Source: Candidatus Moraniibacteriota bacterium (lineage in GTDB: Bacteria > Patescibacteriota > Minisyncoccia > Moranbacterales > UBA1568). Taken from it: 64,000 bases of DNA. The position numbers and the translations under genes were made by a program. The notes beneath the pieces are model-generated. The model made no database searches. It was not told the DNA's origin and saw only the letters and a list, made by a program, of their open reading frames with translations. Below are positions 29,338 through 39,665 of the stretch, in pieces. The stretch is taken from NCBI GenBank assembly GCA_963743885.1, contig CAVURJ010000001.1:76949-140948 (forward strand). Reading direction: 5' to 3'. Position 1 is the first letter of the stretch. Every line of letters starts with the position of its first letter.

Positions 29338-30654
29338 ATGGCTATCCTCCTCTCACTCTATCTTCTCATCCTGCCGATCCAGTTCGCACTTTCCCCGATA
29401 GCTGGCATCGATCTTGCGCTTTCGCGCGTCCTCGCACTCGCTATCATCGGAGTATGGGCGGCTCTCTCCCTAGCACGCCGTTCCCTCATCCTGCCACGAC
29501 CAGCCATCCTCCTGCCGTTCGTCTCATTCCTCGCCATCGCATCCATCTCATACTGCTGGGCGGAAAACCGTGACTGGGCACTCCGAAAGATCATCTTCCT
29601 CTGGAATTTCTTCCCTCTTCTCGTAGTATTCGCCGCTGCCTTGAAGGAACCTGGTGCACGCCTCCTTGTCATCCGCGCCATCACCTTCTCCGGCGCTCTC
29701 GCTGGCATGATCGGACTCATCCAGTCAGCCGCTCAACTCCTCTTCGGCGTCGAACGCGTCTTCGCCTTCTGGACTGGCACGCTCCTGCCATTCTTCCTCG
29801 GTACCGGACTCGGCGGATCGGTCGCCAGCTATCCAAGCCTCCTCGTCAACATCTCCGGGGCGACCGTGCTCCGCGCCTCGGCGCTCTTTCCGGACCCACA
29901 CATGCTCTCGCTCTTCCTCGGGCTTGCACTACCGATCGCAGCAGGATATGCGCTCTCGCGACCAAAAGGCTCGCGCGCTCTTCCGATCGCAGCAGCCACC
30001 ATCATCCTCGCTGCCGACCTCCTCACTTTCTCCCGCGGCGGCTATGTCGGACTAGCAGCCGGGATACTCGCAGTTGGAATACTCTCTTTCCATGAACGCC
30101 TCTCCGCCGAAACAGTCAAGCGGATACTGATTGGGATAGCCGCTGTCGCCATGCTTGCTATCACGCTCCTCATAACACCTATCGGGACACGCTTCCTCTC
30201 GAGCTTCTCTTCCGATGACGGATCAAATAGCGAACGCCTCCGCCTCTGGCAGGAAGCTGCGGACCATATCATCAGCCAGCCGATTCTCGGCGTAGGCCTC
30301 GGCAACTATCCACTCGCCGTGAAACCATCGGCTGATTATCGCGAACCAATCTATGCTCACAGCCTCTATCTCGACATCGGTGTGGAGATAGGCCTCGTCG
30401 GGCTTTCAGCATTCGTCAGTCTCATCATCGTCGTACTTCTTACCGCCTCATCTACATGGATCAGGCAACGCGATGTCCTGGCAGCAGCAACCACCGTCTC
30501 GCTCATAATCTTCTCAGCGCACTCCCTCTTCGAACTACCACTCTTCTCTGTCCAGGTGCTACCACTCCTCCTCGCGATCATCGCACTCGCCTCGCACAAA
30601 GAAGTCAACACGCCGATTTCCAGCCGCATCCATCGAAATGACACTGCCATATAA
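29338..30654 (+). CDS. O-antigen ligase / Wzy_C-family polytopic membrane protein
   Basis: 438 aa, about 11 TM segments with a larger loop near residues 290-330 (SSDDGSNSERLRLWQEAADHIISQPILGVGLGNYP), typical of the Wzy_C / O-antigen ligase / PglL-like family. Confidence 0.5.
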   Translation: MAILLSLYLLILPIQFALSPIAGIDLALSRVLALAIIGVWAALSLARRSLILPRPAILLPFVSFLAIASISYCWAENRDWALRKIIFLWNFFPLLVVFAAALKEPGARLLVIRAITFSGALAGMIGLIQSAAQLLFGVERVFAFWTGTLLPFFLGTGLGGSVASYPSLLVNISGATVLRASALFPDPHMLSLFLGLALPIAAGYALSRPKGSRALPIAAATIILAADLLTFSRGGYVGLAAGILAVGILSFHERLSAETVKRILIGIAAVAMLAITLLITPIGTRFLSSFSSDDGSNSERLRLWQEAADHIISQPILGVGLGNYPLAVKPSADYREPIYAHSLYLDIGVEIGLVGLSAFVSLIIVVLLTASSTWIRQRDVLAAATTVSLIIFSAHSLFELPLFSVQVLPLLLAIIALASHKEVNTPISSRIHRNDTAI

Positions 30655-30683
30655 CCTTATATGATAGTATTTATTCACAGCCT

Positions 30684-31940
30684 ATGACCCGTCCGCTCCG
30701 CATCACCATAGAAACCCTCATTCTCTCAGGATTCTTCCTACTCCCCTTCGCGCGCCTCAAGCTGACCCTCTTCGGACTGCCGCTCTACGCGCTCGAGATA
30801 CCAGTCCTCATCGCCGCAGCCATCTTTCTCTTAGGCATCATTCGGAAACGAGCCGTGCCCTACCTGCCGCTCTTCTCAGATACTATCCTCACGGCCGGCA
30901 TTATCCTCTTCGCCTCCGGTGCCGCGCTCTCGTTCGCAGCCAATCCATTCTCGGAGACTGGTCTCGGCCTCATCAAAAGCTGGGTGTGTTTCCCAATCGC
31001 TGCTGCCGCGCTCTGGACCGCCGCAAGAGGCCGCACTGACCGACTCTTCTCTGCTTGGTTCATAGCGATCTCCGGCATCGCGATCTCCTCTCTCGTCTAC
31101 CTCTCACTCCATATCCTCACCTTCGATGGCCGGCTCGAAGCCTGGTACACATCGCCCAACTTTCTCGCGGCCATGCTCACTCCAGGCCTCCTGATCGGCA
31201 CACACCTTCTCATCTCGCTCCTCGCCGAGGAGAAGCGGTGCCTTTCTCTCATCGCCGCTACAAGTCTCGCGCTTCCCGCAATCACCGTCGCACTCTTCTT
31301 CACGCGCTCCTATGGCGCTTGGGTCGCAGCTACGATCGCGCTCGCAGCATACCTCCTCTTTGTAGGCATGACGAAAAAACGAATGGCTGCCGTCTTCGCA
31401 ATCGTCCTCTCAGCCATCGCTGTCTTCACGCTCTCCGAGTACGATAGCGAAAAATGGCAATCGCTCGTCTCTCTCAATGAACGCTCATCACTCTCATCAC
31501 GGCTCATAATCTGGCGATCAGCCACCAAGATGATCAGCGATCAGCCGCTCCTCGGTATCGGTATCGGCCGCTTCCAAGAAGAGTACCTCGCCTACCAGCA
31601 GTACTTCCCGCCATATCTCGAATGGGCGGTACCGGAACCGCACAACTTCTTCCTCGCACTCTGGCTGAATACTGGGTTCATCGGACTCATCGGGTTCATC
31701 CTCATACTCATCCGCTCCGCCTGGATCCTCCTCCGTCAGCCACTGCCAGAAAACAAAAAGATGAGCCGCCGGCTCATCCTGTGTCTCTTCGTATTCTTCC
31801 TCGCTTACGGCCTCTCTGATACTCCCTATTTCGGCAACGATCTTTCCTTTGTTTTCTGGATGCTTATCGCATCCGGCATCGGTCTCGTCTCAATGACTAC
31901 AGATCGACCCGATACAGGCGATGTGTCTGGCGATCAGTGA
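30684..31940 (+). CDS. Second O-antigen ligase / Wzy_C-family membrane protein
   Basis: 418 aa polytopic; loop SSRLIIWRSATKMISDQPLLGIGIGRFQEEY parallels that of the upstream paralog. Confidence 0.5.
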   Translation: MTRPLRITIETLILSGFFLLPFARLKLTLFGLPLYALEIPVLIAAAIFLLGIIRKRAVPYLPLFSDTILTAGIILFASGAALSFAANPFSETGLGLIKSWVCFPIAAAALWTAARGRTDRLFSAWFIAISGIAISSLVYLSLHILTFDGRLEAWYTSPNFLAAMLTPGLLIGTHLLISLLAEEKRCLSLIAATSLALPAITVALFFTRSYGAWVAATIALAAYLLFVGMTKKRMAAVFAIVLSAIAVFTLSEYDSEKWQSLVSLNERSSLSSRLIIWRSATKMISDQPLLGIGIGRFQEEYLAYQQYFPPYLEWAVPEPHNFFLALWLNTGFIGLIGFILILIRSAWILLRQPLPENKKMSRRLILCLFVFFLAYGLSDTPYFGNDLSFVFWMLIASGIGLVSMTTDRPDTGDVSGDQ

Positions 31941-33033
31941 AAAAGAGCTCTCGCTCATCACGACCAAGAAAAAGGTCCGCACTATCAAAGCTGGCTGTCA
32001 CATCAGCAAGATCGACAAGCCGGGTCTTCCTCCCAGTCTCGATGTCCATCTTCCAAAACGTATCTTTTGTCGGCAATAACTTTCCGAAATAATCATTTGG
32101 CAAGACCGCTGTCTCTGGAAGCGACCCAGGGAGGGCATAATAAATCGTCCTGTTATCAGCGGACCAGACCACTTTCGAAACAAGCGTCGGTAAGAAAAGA
32201 TCACGAAACTGTCCTCCATTCCTATTCATGATACCCAGCGTAAGCGAATGCCCGCCCTTCTCGCTGCTTGCGGACACCAATACATGCTCGCCATCCGGCG
32301 ACCAGAGATAATCCGCGCCAAAATTACTCGTAAACAAAGCTTTTCGCGCATCCCCAGAAATGCCCGATGTCTCCAAAAATGTCTGGTCGAATGCATTCGG
32401 CTTATTCCAGAATGAGACTAACGAGCTCTGCGGGACAGAAGCGATAAATGAATCTTTTTCAAGCTTAGAAAGTTTCTTCCAGTCCGATCCATCAGGATTA
32501 GACATATTAAGAGATTTTGCTGCAGTCACTGATTCGACATACTGATAGAAAATCTTGTCACCAAGGTTATTCCACGCAACCCTAGCTACTCCTGGTTTGA
32601 GCGCAACAAGCGATCTCGTCGCAAGATCCGCATAATGCCAGACAAACGCGCCATCCAGCTGCCTAATATGCAAAAGTGCGCGAGCGCGTTTCGGCGACCA
32701 AATAACCTGATCCGGGGTGCCAGGCATATCGCTCATAAGCACCTCTTTATCCTTCCCATCAAAAGTAGCTCGCTTGATGGAGTGATCATCAAGCGAATAG
32801 TAGTACAGCTTATCATCAGGACCCGATACAGCGCCAATCACATCTTCATTCACCGGATTCTCAAAACGCCCCACCTCAGGAATCACATCTTCTATAATCA
32901 TTTCCGCTGCCTGCTTCTCTTCCGGCGCAGCAACAGGACTGTTCACGTTATGTCTGAACGCGACGTTATATGCACCCAAAAAAATAAGCACGAGCACTAA
33001 CAGCCCAAGAGACGTATAGAAAATCCGTTTCAT
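31897..33033 (-). CDS. Secreted beta-propeller (TolB/PD40-like repeats) protein
   Basis: 378 aa with a signal peptide; repeated WSPDG / WSP motifs (IWSPKRARALL, YLWSPDGEHVLVSASS). Confidence 0.4.
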   Translation of the reverse strand: MKRIFYTSLGLLVLVLIFLGAYNVAFRHNVNSPVAAPEEKQAAEMIIEDVIPEVGRFENPVNEDVIGAVSGPDDKLYYYSLDDHSIKRATFDGKDKEVLMSDMPGTPDQVIWSPKRARALLHIRQLDGAFVWHYADLATRSLVALKPGVARVAWNNLGDKIFYQYVESVTAAKSLNMSNPDGSDWKKLSKLEKDSFIASVPQSSLVSFWNKPNAFDQTFLETSGISGDARKALFTSNFGADYLWSPDGEHVLVSASSEKGGHSLTLGIMNRNGGQFRDLFLPTLVSKVVWSADNRTIYYALPGSLPETAVLPNDYFGKLLPTKDTFWKMDIETGRKTRLVDLADVTASFDSADLFLGRDERELFFTDRQTHRLYRVDL

Positions 33034-33051
33034 ATCAGGCAGTTATCGATC

Positions 33052-34269
33052 TCATTTCGAGCAACAGCTTGTCTGGGCGCTAACATGGATATGCGGCCAA
33101 GACGAGGAAGATTCATCATTCACCCTACCACCGCATGAAGCCGCAGCCGACATAACTGCCTTGGCAATGCTCATATCAATAGTGCCGCTCGCACTCTTTA
33201 TACTGAAATCAGCCGCTTGTGATTTTTGACACTCGTCAGACGTACGACTAGCGCCGCCACCATAATGACAAGACCCTTCAGCATGCGCACACTTCGGATC
33301 AGTCCATGAATTCTTACATGTCAGAAACCCGGCGCTATCAGAAATACTTGTGATCTTCGCGCTGGGATACTTGCCATGCATGCACGACAAAACGTCAGAA
33401 AGCGCAGGTGATGCATCGCTGCATTGATCGGAAGATATATCTTTTACACTATATCCGCCACACGTTCCCGGTATTCCGGTCCCCGATGCCACGGGAGCAC
33501 TTGCAGGAATGCTCATTTCGACCGGCGTGACGGAAAGACCGTTTAATGTCACATTGACCAGGTCCGGGTTGATAACATTCAAGATAAGCCATGATGTAAT
33601 TGCGATAACAAGGCCGATGAGCGAATCAAAAATGACGCTTTTTGCCGACCCCATAGCCGAAGTATTGCCGGCGCTCGTCAAGTACATGAAACCGCCGATC
33701 GAAAGCATAAGTACCGCGGAGAGCGTCACGATGATGAGCGCCGCCTTATAGATCGCTTCGATATACGTCTTCAAATCGCTCCCGGCACTTTCTCCGCCAG
33801 GAATCTTCTCGAGCAAGACATATTCCGATGGCGAAAGCGATGATCCGGATACGGCTGCTCCGCCAGATGAGGCTGCTCCGCCAGATGAGGCCATGCTACA
33901 ACAACTAAAGCCTGCGACATCGCTACAGATACCCATGAAGGAAGACCCTATGCTCGAACAGCTCCGGTTGGTGCAAAATCCGCTAGACGAATCGCAATCG
34001 CTCTTCGTATACTGAGGAAGATCTTTTTTTGGAACACAGCATTTGTTGGTTTTCGTAAAGACAGCATCCGAGCATTTTCCCTTATCGATCTCATCGCTCT
34101 CGCAGGCATTCCCGTACCAAGGCTCGTCCTTGCATATCCCCTTGAGGTCAGACACACACTGGGCACTTGTCACATCCGCCGATGCTGAAACAGGAAAGGA
34201 CGCCAACAGTACCGAAAGTACAGAAAAAGTCGCGACAAAAATGCTATTTTGTTTCATATGTGAAATCAT
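33052..34269 (-). CDS. Cys-rich secreted/membrane protein with two central TM helices and a C-terminal LAS/M15-like zinc peptidase motif
   Basis: 405 aa. The N-terminal Cys-rich module is CVSDLKGICKDEPWYGNACESDEIDKGKCSDAVFTKTNKCCVPK. The TM pair is ALIIVTLSAVLMLSIGGFMYL / IFDSLIGLVIAITSWLILNVI. The C-terminus has SCHYGGGASRTSDE ... WPHIHVS, an H-x-x-x-D...H-x-H arrangement as in Hedgehog/DD-peptidase (M15) folds. Confidence 0.35.
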   Translation of the reverse strand: MISHMKQNSIFVATFSVLSVLLASFPVSASADVTSAQCVSDLKGICKDEPWYGNACESDEIDKGKCSDAVFTKTNKCCVPKKDLPQYTKSDCDSSSGFCTNRSCSSIGSSFMGICSDVAGFSCCSMASSGGAASSGGAAVSGSSLSPSEYVLLEKIPGGESAGSDLKTYIEAIYKAALIIVTLSAVLMLSIGGFMYLTSAGNTSAMGSAKSVIFDSLIGLVIAITSWLILNVINPDLVNVTLNGLSVTPVEMSIPASAPVASGTGIPGTCGGYSVKDISSDQCSDASPALSDVLSCMHGKYPSAKITSISDSAGFLTCKNSWTDPKCAHAEGSCHYGGGASRTSDECQKSQAADFSIKSASGTIDMSIAKAVMSAAASCGGRVNDESSSSWPHIHVSAQTSCCSK

Positions 34270-34350
34270 TTTTATTTATTATACCACAGAAACTCATGGC
34301 AAGAAAAAGACCCCTCCTTAACGGAGAAGTCTTCATCTGATGGGATGACC

Positions 34351-35394
34351 TCAAAAGTCCCAGCTGCCATTAAGGCTCGAGGACTGAGTATAGTTGACCA
34401 CGGTCGACTCGAAGAAGTTGCTCTTATCGCCATTGGTATCCTGAATACGCTCGAGATGTTTGTACGGATTCTCGACCGCTTCCGGATAGATCGGGGCAAT
34501 ATTGAGCATCGCCAGGCGATTGTTGGCCAACCAGCGGGTATATTCGCGTGTCGTCTGGCCATTAATACCCGGGATACGATCACCCAAGATATGATTGGAC
34601 CACTCGATTTCCTGCTTCACGGCCACATCCATCATATCCTTCACAACCTGCTCATCATAGATGTGCGGGAATTCGCGCTTGATCTCGCGGATCAGGTTCG
34701 CAAAGATAGTGATATGCGTCAGCTCATCGCGGCGGATGTACGAGATCATGCGGCCGGTCGCGAGCATCTTCATGTGGTCAGTCAGCGTATCGAAGAACGC
34801 GAAGCCGTTGTAGAAGTAGACCGACTCAAGAAGGAAGTTCGCCACGATGCCACGGAAAAACTTGGCATCAGACGGATCTTCGAGGAAATCCTGGTACAGC
34901 TGGCCGATATACTGGTTGCGATCGAGGAGTGTCTTGTCCGTCCGCCAGAAATAGTAGATCTCATCGCGCTCCTTGCTATCCACCACCGACTCAAGGATGG
35001 TCGCATATGACTGCGAATGGATCGCCTCCTGATAGGTCTGGATTGAGAGGATGAGATTGACCTCCGGCGACGTCACGAAATCGGAGAAGTGCGGGAGATT
35101 CACGGTCTGGATCGAATCGAGAAAGATGAGGAATGAGAGAATACCCTTATAGGCACGTTGTTCTTCCTCTGTCAGATCCGTATGGAACATACGGGCGTCA
35201 TCCTTGAGGCCTGACACCTTCTCCGGCACCCAGAAGTTGCCAATCATTACCTGATAGAGCGACTTCGCCCAAGGATACTTAACGGCATTCAGATTGAAGA
35301 GGCCGGTCGTCTGGCCTTTGATGATAGTCCGCACCTCAACCAGGTCGTTGCCGTCCGGGTTGAAGATCTGATTCTGCTGCATTTTTTCGGTCAT
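34351..35394 (-). CDS. nrdB: Ribonucleoside-diphosphate reductase beta subunit (R2)
   Basis: 347 aa; di-iron ligand motifs (QTYQEAIHSQSYATILE, FFYNGFAFF, EELTHITIF). Confidence 0.85.
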   Translation of the reverse strand: MTEKMQQNQIFNPDGNDLVEVRTIIKGQTTGLFNLNAVKYPWAKSLYQVMIGNFWVPEKVSGLKDDARMFHTDLTEEEQRAYKGILSFLIFLDSIQTVNLPHFSDFVTSPEVNLILSIQTYQEAIHSQSYATILESVVDSKERDEIYYFWRTDKTLLDRNQYIGQLYQDFLEDPSDAKFFRGIVANFLLESVYFYNGFAFFDTLTDHMKMLATGRMISYIRRDELTHITIFANLIREIKREFPHIYDEQVVKDMMDVAVKQEIEWSNHILGDRIPGINGQTTREYTRWLANNRLAMLNIAPIYPEAVENPYKHLERIQDTNGDKSNFFESTVVNYTQSSSLNGSWDF

Positions 35395-35490
35395 ATGATT
35401 TTTGACTTACGACTTACAACTCACGACATACGACCGGATACTTCTGAGCATTCCATTGTCAGTCGTTGGTCATTGGTCGTCAGTTCAGTC

Positions 35491-38106
35491 TTATCCGCTG
35501 CAGCTCACGCATCCGTCCTTCACTTCTCCCGAGAGACTGCGCACATAGTAGACGGTCTTGATCTCCTGTTCCCACGCCTTCACGTAGTAGCCGTAGAGCT
35601 GGGCCGGGCTGACGCGTGCCGGGTCGATCATCCATTCGAACGACACCGACTGGTCGATCCACTTGTAGATGACTGCCATCATATCGATGACGTCATTCAT
35701 ATCCATGTTGATGTACTCCTTGTAGTACCAGAAGTTGTCTTTGGAAAGCTTCGGCGCCACACGGATGGTCGGAGCAGACAAATTGGTCTCGACGAAGTAG
35801 CGCTTGTAGATCGGGAGGAGCGCCGCTGTCGTACCGACCACACCGGCTGTCGAGGTATTCGGCGCCGGAGCGGTATGGTAGGCGAAGCGTACGCCGGAAA
35901 GCTTCATGTCCGCGAAAAGCTGCTTCCATTCATCAGCATGGCCAGTCTTCTCGACGAACCATTGCTCATCACGGCCGAGGAGCACTCCCTTGGAATACTC
36001 GCTGCCATCATAGAGCGGATACTGGCCGCGCTCCTTCGCGAGGTCAACCGATGCCCGATAGGTGTGATAGGCGTAGCGCTCGAAGAGCTTGTCGGTCTCC
36101 TGGCGCGCCTCCTCGCTATCGTAGGCGATGTGCCGCGTCGCGAGATACTCGGCGAGACCGAGGTATCCGAGACCGACGCTCCGATACCGCATCGCGGTCC
36201 GCTCGGCTTCCTTGATCGGATAGTAGTTGAGGGTGATGACGTTATCAAGCACACGCATGACCACCGGGAACACCTCAGCGATCGTCGCATCATCATTGAC
36301 CGACGCCACATTGATGGAAGCCAGGTTGCAGACCACAAGGTCGCCCGGCTCATAGCGGATCACGATCTTCCCATCCTCGATTACTTCTTCAAGGAAGCGT
36401 GATGGGGTCGTATTCTGACAGATCTCAGTGCAGAGCTGCGTAGAATAGATGTTGCCGGCATGCTTGTTCGGGTTGAGACGATTCACCGTATCGCGATAAA
36501 AGACATACGGCATACCCGTCTCGACAGCGCTCTTCAAAAACTTCTTGAAGAGCTCCTTGGTCTCGACGACCTTCTTCATCGAGAGGCGTTCATCGCGCTC
36601 GAGCTCCTCATAAAAGACATCAAAGTCCTTGCCGAAATGATCCTGGAGATTCTTACCGTAAAGATTTTTCACCTCATTCGGATCAAACAGTGTCCAGCTG
36701 CCGCCCTCTTTCAAACGACGCATAAAGATGTCTGGGATCGACACTGCTGGGAAGATATCAAACGCCTTGGAACGAATATCGCCCGTCTCCGTCTGCAGAT
36801 CGAGAAAGTCGTAGATATCGAGATGCCAGAAATCGAGCGTGACCGAGATAGCGCCGAGCCGGCTCCCCAGCTGGTTCACCGCGACTGCCGTGTCATTGAT
36901 GACCTTAACCCATGGGTTCACGCCACCACTCATCCCCTTCACGCCACGGATCGCTCCGCCACGGGCGCGGATGTTGCCGAGATACACGCCGACGCCACCG
37001 CCAAACTTTGAGATCTGCGCCATGTTCTCGACCGCATGATAGATGCCGCGGAGATCATCATCGACATTAATCTTGAAGCAGCTCGAGAGCTGATTGTAGT
37101 TGGTGCGCGCATTGAGAAGTGTCGGGGTCGGAAGCGAGATGCGCTGCTTCGAGCAATGCTCGTAGATCTTGAGCGCGAGCGCGAGACGGTTCTCCTGTTC
37201 CTCCGGGATGGCAAGAAAAAGTGCGACCGACATATACATCTCCTGCGGAAGTTCGCGGGTCTCCTTGTTCGGGTTGAGGAGATAGCGCTTGATGAAAGAA
37301 ACGATGGTCGTATACTCGTATCCCTCATCGGTCTTCTTCGAGAGATGCTTACCCGCCTCGAGGATATCCTCCGCGGAGTAATACTTGTAGAAGTCCTTAT
37401 AGTAGAGTCCGCGCGCGATATAGTCATCGAAGAGCGCCTTGTACGCTTCCGGTGTGTAAATATCATCCTGCGTCAGGCCACGATTCTTGATAGCATGCTT
37501 GTAGAGGTTGCCGAGCAGGATACGGGCCGCCACATTCTGCCAGGCGATGTTCTCCACCGAGACGAGGTCAATGCAAGTCTTCACCAAAAGCTTGTTGATG
37601 TCCGACGTCTTGATATCATCGACGATGTTCTTCTTGAACGCCTCAATCATCTGGTCGAATGGGCACTCTTTCTCATAGCCCTTAGCAGCACGATCAAAGA
37701 CCACTCTGATCTTCTTCGAATCAAAGAGTTCCTTCGAGCCATTCGCCTTCGTCACCTTGAGAGACTTGTTCTCGAACTGCTCGACGATCTTCTCGATTTT
37801 CTCCTCGCGCCGCTCGGTCTGCTTCTCGCGATACAGGATATACGCCTTTGCCACCTCGTAGCGGTCCCACTTCATGAGATGCTTCTCGACGAGGTCCTGG
37901 ACCTCTTCGACGGACGGGATGGATTCTTCCTCTCTCTCCTCGTAGAGATGCATGAGCTCGTGCACGACGTCGTCGGTCAGTCCGGGGATAAACGCCTTGT
38001 CGAGATCGCCGACCGCATCGCACGCGGATGCGATAGCGCTCTCGATACGCGACCGATCAAACTTCACCACTTCTCCGTCCCGACGCTTCACCTGTGAAAA
38101 AGTCAT
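35491..38106 (-). CDS. nrdA: Ribonucleoside-diphosphate reductase alpha subunit (class I, with ATP-cone)
   Basis: Start MTFSQVKRRDGEVVKFDRSRIESAI (ATP-cone) at 38106; roughly 870 aa with the ten-stranded barrel; C-terminal DGCVSCSG redox Cys pair. Confidence 0.9.
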   Translation of the reverse strand: MTFSQVKRRDGEVVKFDRSRIESAIASACDAVGDLDKAFIPGLTDDVVHELMHLYEEREEESIPSVEEVQDLVEKHLMKWDRYEVAKAYILYREKQTERREEKIEKIVEQFENKSLKVTKANGSKELFDSKKIRVVFDRAAKGYEKECPFDQMIEAFKKNIVDDIKTSDINKLLVKTCIDLVSVENIAWQNVAARILLGNLYKHAIKNRGLTQDDIYTPEAYKALFDDYIARGLYYKDFYKYYSAEDILEAGKHLSKKTDEGYEYTTIVSFIKRYLLNPNKETRELPQEMYMSVALFLAIPEEQENRLALALKIYEHCSKQRISLPTPTLLNARTNYNQLSSCFKINVDDDLRGIYHAVENMAQISKFGGGVGVYLGNIRARGGAIRGVKGMSGGVNPWVKVINDTAVAVNQLGSRLGAISVTLDFWHLDIYDFLDLQTETGDIRSKAFDIFPAVSIPDIFMRRLKEGGSWTLFDPNEVKNLYGKNLQDHFGKDFDVFYEELERDERLSMKKVVETKELFKKFLKSAVETGMPYVFYRDTVNRLNPNKHAGNIYSTQLCTEICQNTTPSRFLEEVIEDGKIVIRYEPGDLVVCNLASINVASVNDDATIAEVFPVVMRVLDNVITLNYYPIKEAERTAMRYRSVGLGYLGLAEYLATRHIAYDSEEARQETDKLFERYAYHTYRASVDLAKERGQYPLYDGSEYSKGVLLGRDEQWFVEKTGHADEWKQLFADMKLSGVRFAYHTAPAPNTSTAGVVGTTAALLPIYKRYFVETNLSAPTIRVAPKLSKDNFWYYKEYINMDMNDVIDMMAVIYKWIDQSVSFEWMIDPARVSPAQLYGYYVKAWEQEIKTVYYVRSLSGEVKDGCVSCSG

Positions 38107-38205
38107 ACTCGTTGCGGCCCACCGACAGCGAAAAGAAGACAACCGAAGCCTCCCCGAAAGCCTCGACCCCTGATCGCTATAAGCAACCTGTTACTTTAAT
38201 ATGTT

Positions 38206-38772
38206 TTATAGAAACCGCCGCTCCACCGCCCTCCAGTCGATTGAACGGAAAAACACTTCGATATACTCAGCTCTCTTGATTCCATAATCAGTCACGTACG
38301 CATGCTCGAACACATCCATCACGAGAAGCGGCGTTGCACCTGCGAGATGCCCCATGTCATGCTCATTGATCCAAACATTGAAGAGCCGCTCACCATCTTT
38401 GACGAGCATGACCCATCCGATGCCGCGCATGATTCCGGCCATCCGAAAATCTTCCTGCCATGCTTCCATGCTTCCGAATCGTTCCACTATCGCTTCCGTA
38501 ACTGCCGGCGCCATATCGGGCCCGGCCGATTCCTTCGTCAGGTTGTCAAAATAGAACTCATGAAGACGCATGCCATTCCACTCCCATCCGAAACGTCTCC
38601 GAAGCTCGGCGCCTTCCGGCATACCCGGCTCGATAACCTTCGAACGCTCCCCGATCAGATTCACATTCTTCACATATCCTTCGTAGAGCGCGAAGTGATT
38701 TGAGAGCAGCGTATCCGAAAATCCTTCGAGGCCGAGAAGATGCTTGTAATCCTTTGGCGTATACGCGGCCAT
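38206..38772 (-). CDS. sodA: Fe/Mn superoxide dismutase
   Basis: Start MAAYTPKDYKHLLGLEGFSDTLLSNHFALYEGYVKNVN; C-terminal WEHAYY-like VFEHAYVTDYG. Confidence 0.8.
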   Translation of the reverse strand: MAAYTPKDYKHLLGLEGFSDTLLSNHFALYEGYVKNVNLIGERSKVIEPGMPEGAELRRRFGWEWNGMRLHEFYFDNLTKESAGPDMAPAVTEAIVERFGSMEAWQEDFRMAGIMRGIGWVMLVKDGERLFNVWINEHDMGHLAGATPLLVMDVFEHAYVTDYGIKRAEYIEVFFRSIDWRAVERRFL

Positions 38773-38783
38773 AGGTATGTGTG

Positions 38784-39404
38784 TTAGATTTTTCCTACGA
38801 GATCGATGCCCGGCTTGAGCGTCTTCTCGCCCGGATGCCACTTGGCTGGGCAGACCTCGCCGCCATGCTCACGAACGAACTGGGCAGCCTCGATCTTCCG
38901 GATAAGCTCCTTCGCATCGCGGCCGATATTGTTGGCGTGCACTTCGAATGCCTGCAGTACTCCGTCCGGATCAATCACAAACGTCCCACGTCGTGCCAAC
39001 CCGCGATCGCCACCCTCTTCAATATAGACACCGAAATACTGCGCAAGCTCTCCAGCCGGATCAGCGACCATCGGATAGGCGATCTTCTTGATCGCTGCGG
39101 AGTGATCATGCCATGCCTTGTGCGCGAAGCGTGTATCCGTGCTCACCGAGAAGATCTCTACGCCGAGCTCCTGAAACTTCGCATAATGATCAGCGAGATC
39201 CTCGAGTTCTGTTGGGCAGACAAATGTGAAGTCCGCTGGATAGAAGAAGAATACCGCCCACTTCCCCTTGAAATCAGAGAGGTGCGCCTGACTGAACGTC
39301 TCGTCCTTATAGATGTCGAGCTCGAAGTCTGGAACCGTCTGGCCGATCACCGGAGACACGCCAAATGTGGAGCATCCGCCGCAATTGCATTCGTCTTGAT
39401 ACAT
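38784..39404 (-). CDS. Peroxiredoxin (2-Cys AhpC/TSA family)
   Basis: [21 protein letters not shown] peroxidatic Cys motif and resolving Cys in GEVCPAKW. Confidence 0.85.
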   Translation of the reverse strand: MYQDECNCGGCSTFGVSPVIGQTVPDFELDIYKDETFSQAHLSDFKGKWAVFFFYPADFTFVCPTELEDLADHYAKFQELGVEIFSVSTDTRFAHKAWHDHSAAIKKIAYPMVADPAGELAQYFGVYIEEGGDRGLARRGTFVIDPDGVLQAFEVHANNIGRDAKELIRKIEAAQFVREHGGEVCPAKWHPGEKTLKPGIDLVGKI

Positions 39405-39665
39405 ATGTTTTTCTTTACGATATTACCCGTGGGGTCTCTCCATCATACGCATGGAAAAATACCCTGTCAAACATCCGCTTCTGGAGCGAAGAATCCAATC
39501 AGTTTTTTATGCTCGCATACATTTTTCAACTATATATTGTATGTATGTGTCGAAATGACACACAAGACAGAAAACTTGATAGCATCAGAAAAACAGCCTC
39601 GACAAGTACCCATCGATTTGCATTCGCAGCCAAAATCCTGTACAGAGACTATACAGATATACCCT

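Noticed and set aside
35395-38097. Three long plus-strand ORFs (35395..36402, 36460..37011, 37036..38097)
   Set aside because: All lie antisense to nrdA and have low-complexity composition.
38781-39665. N-terminal 295 aa of the 630-aa ORF 38781..40673
   Set aside because: This part is antisense to the sod and peroxiredoxin genes. The real rluD-like gene starts at METTPLIT (39666).
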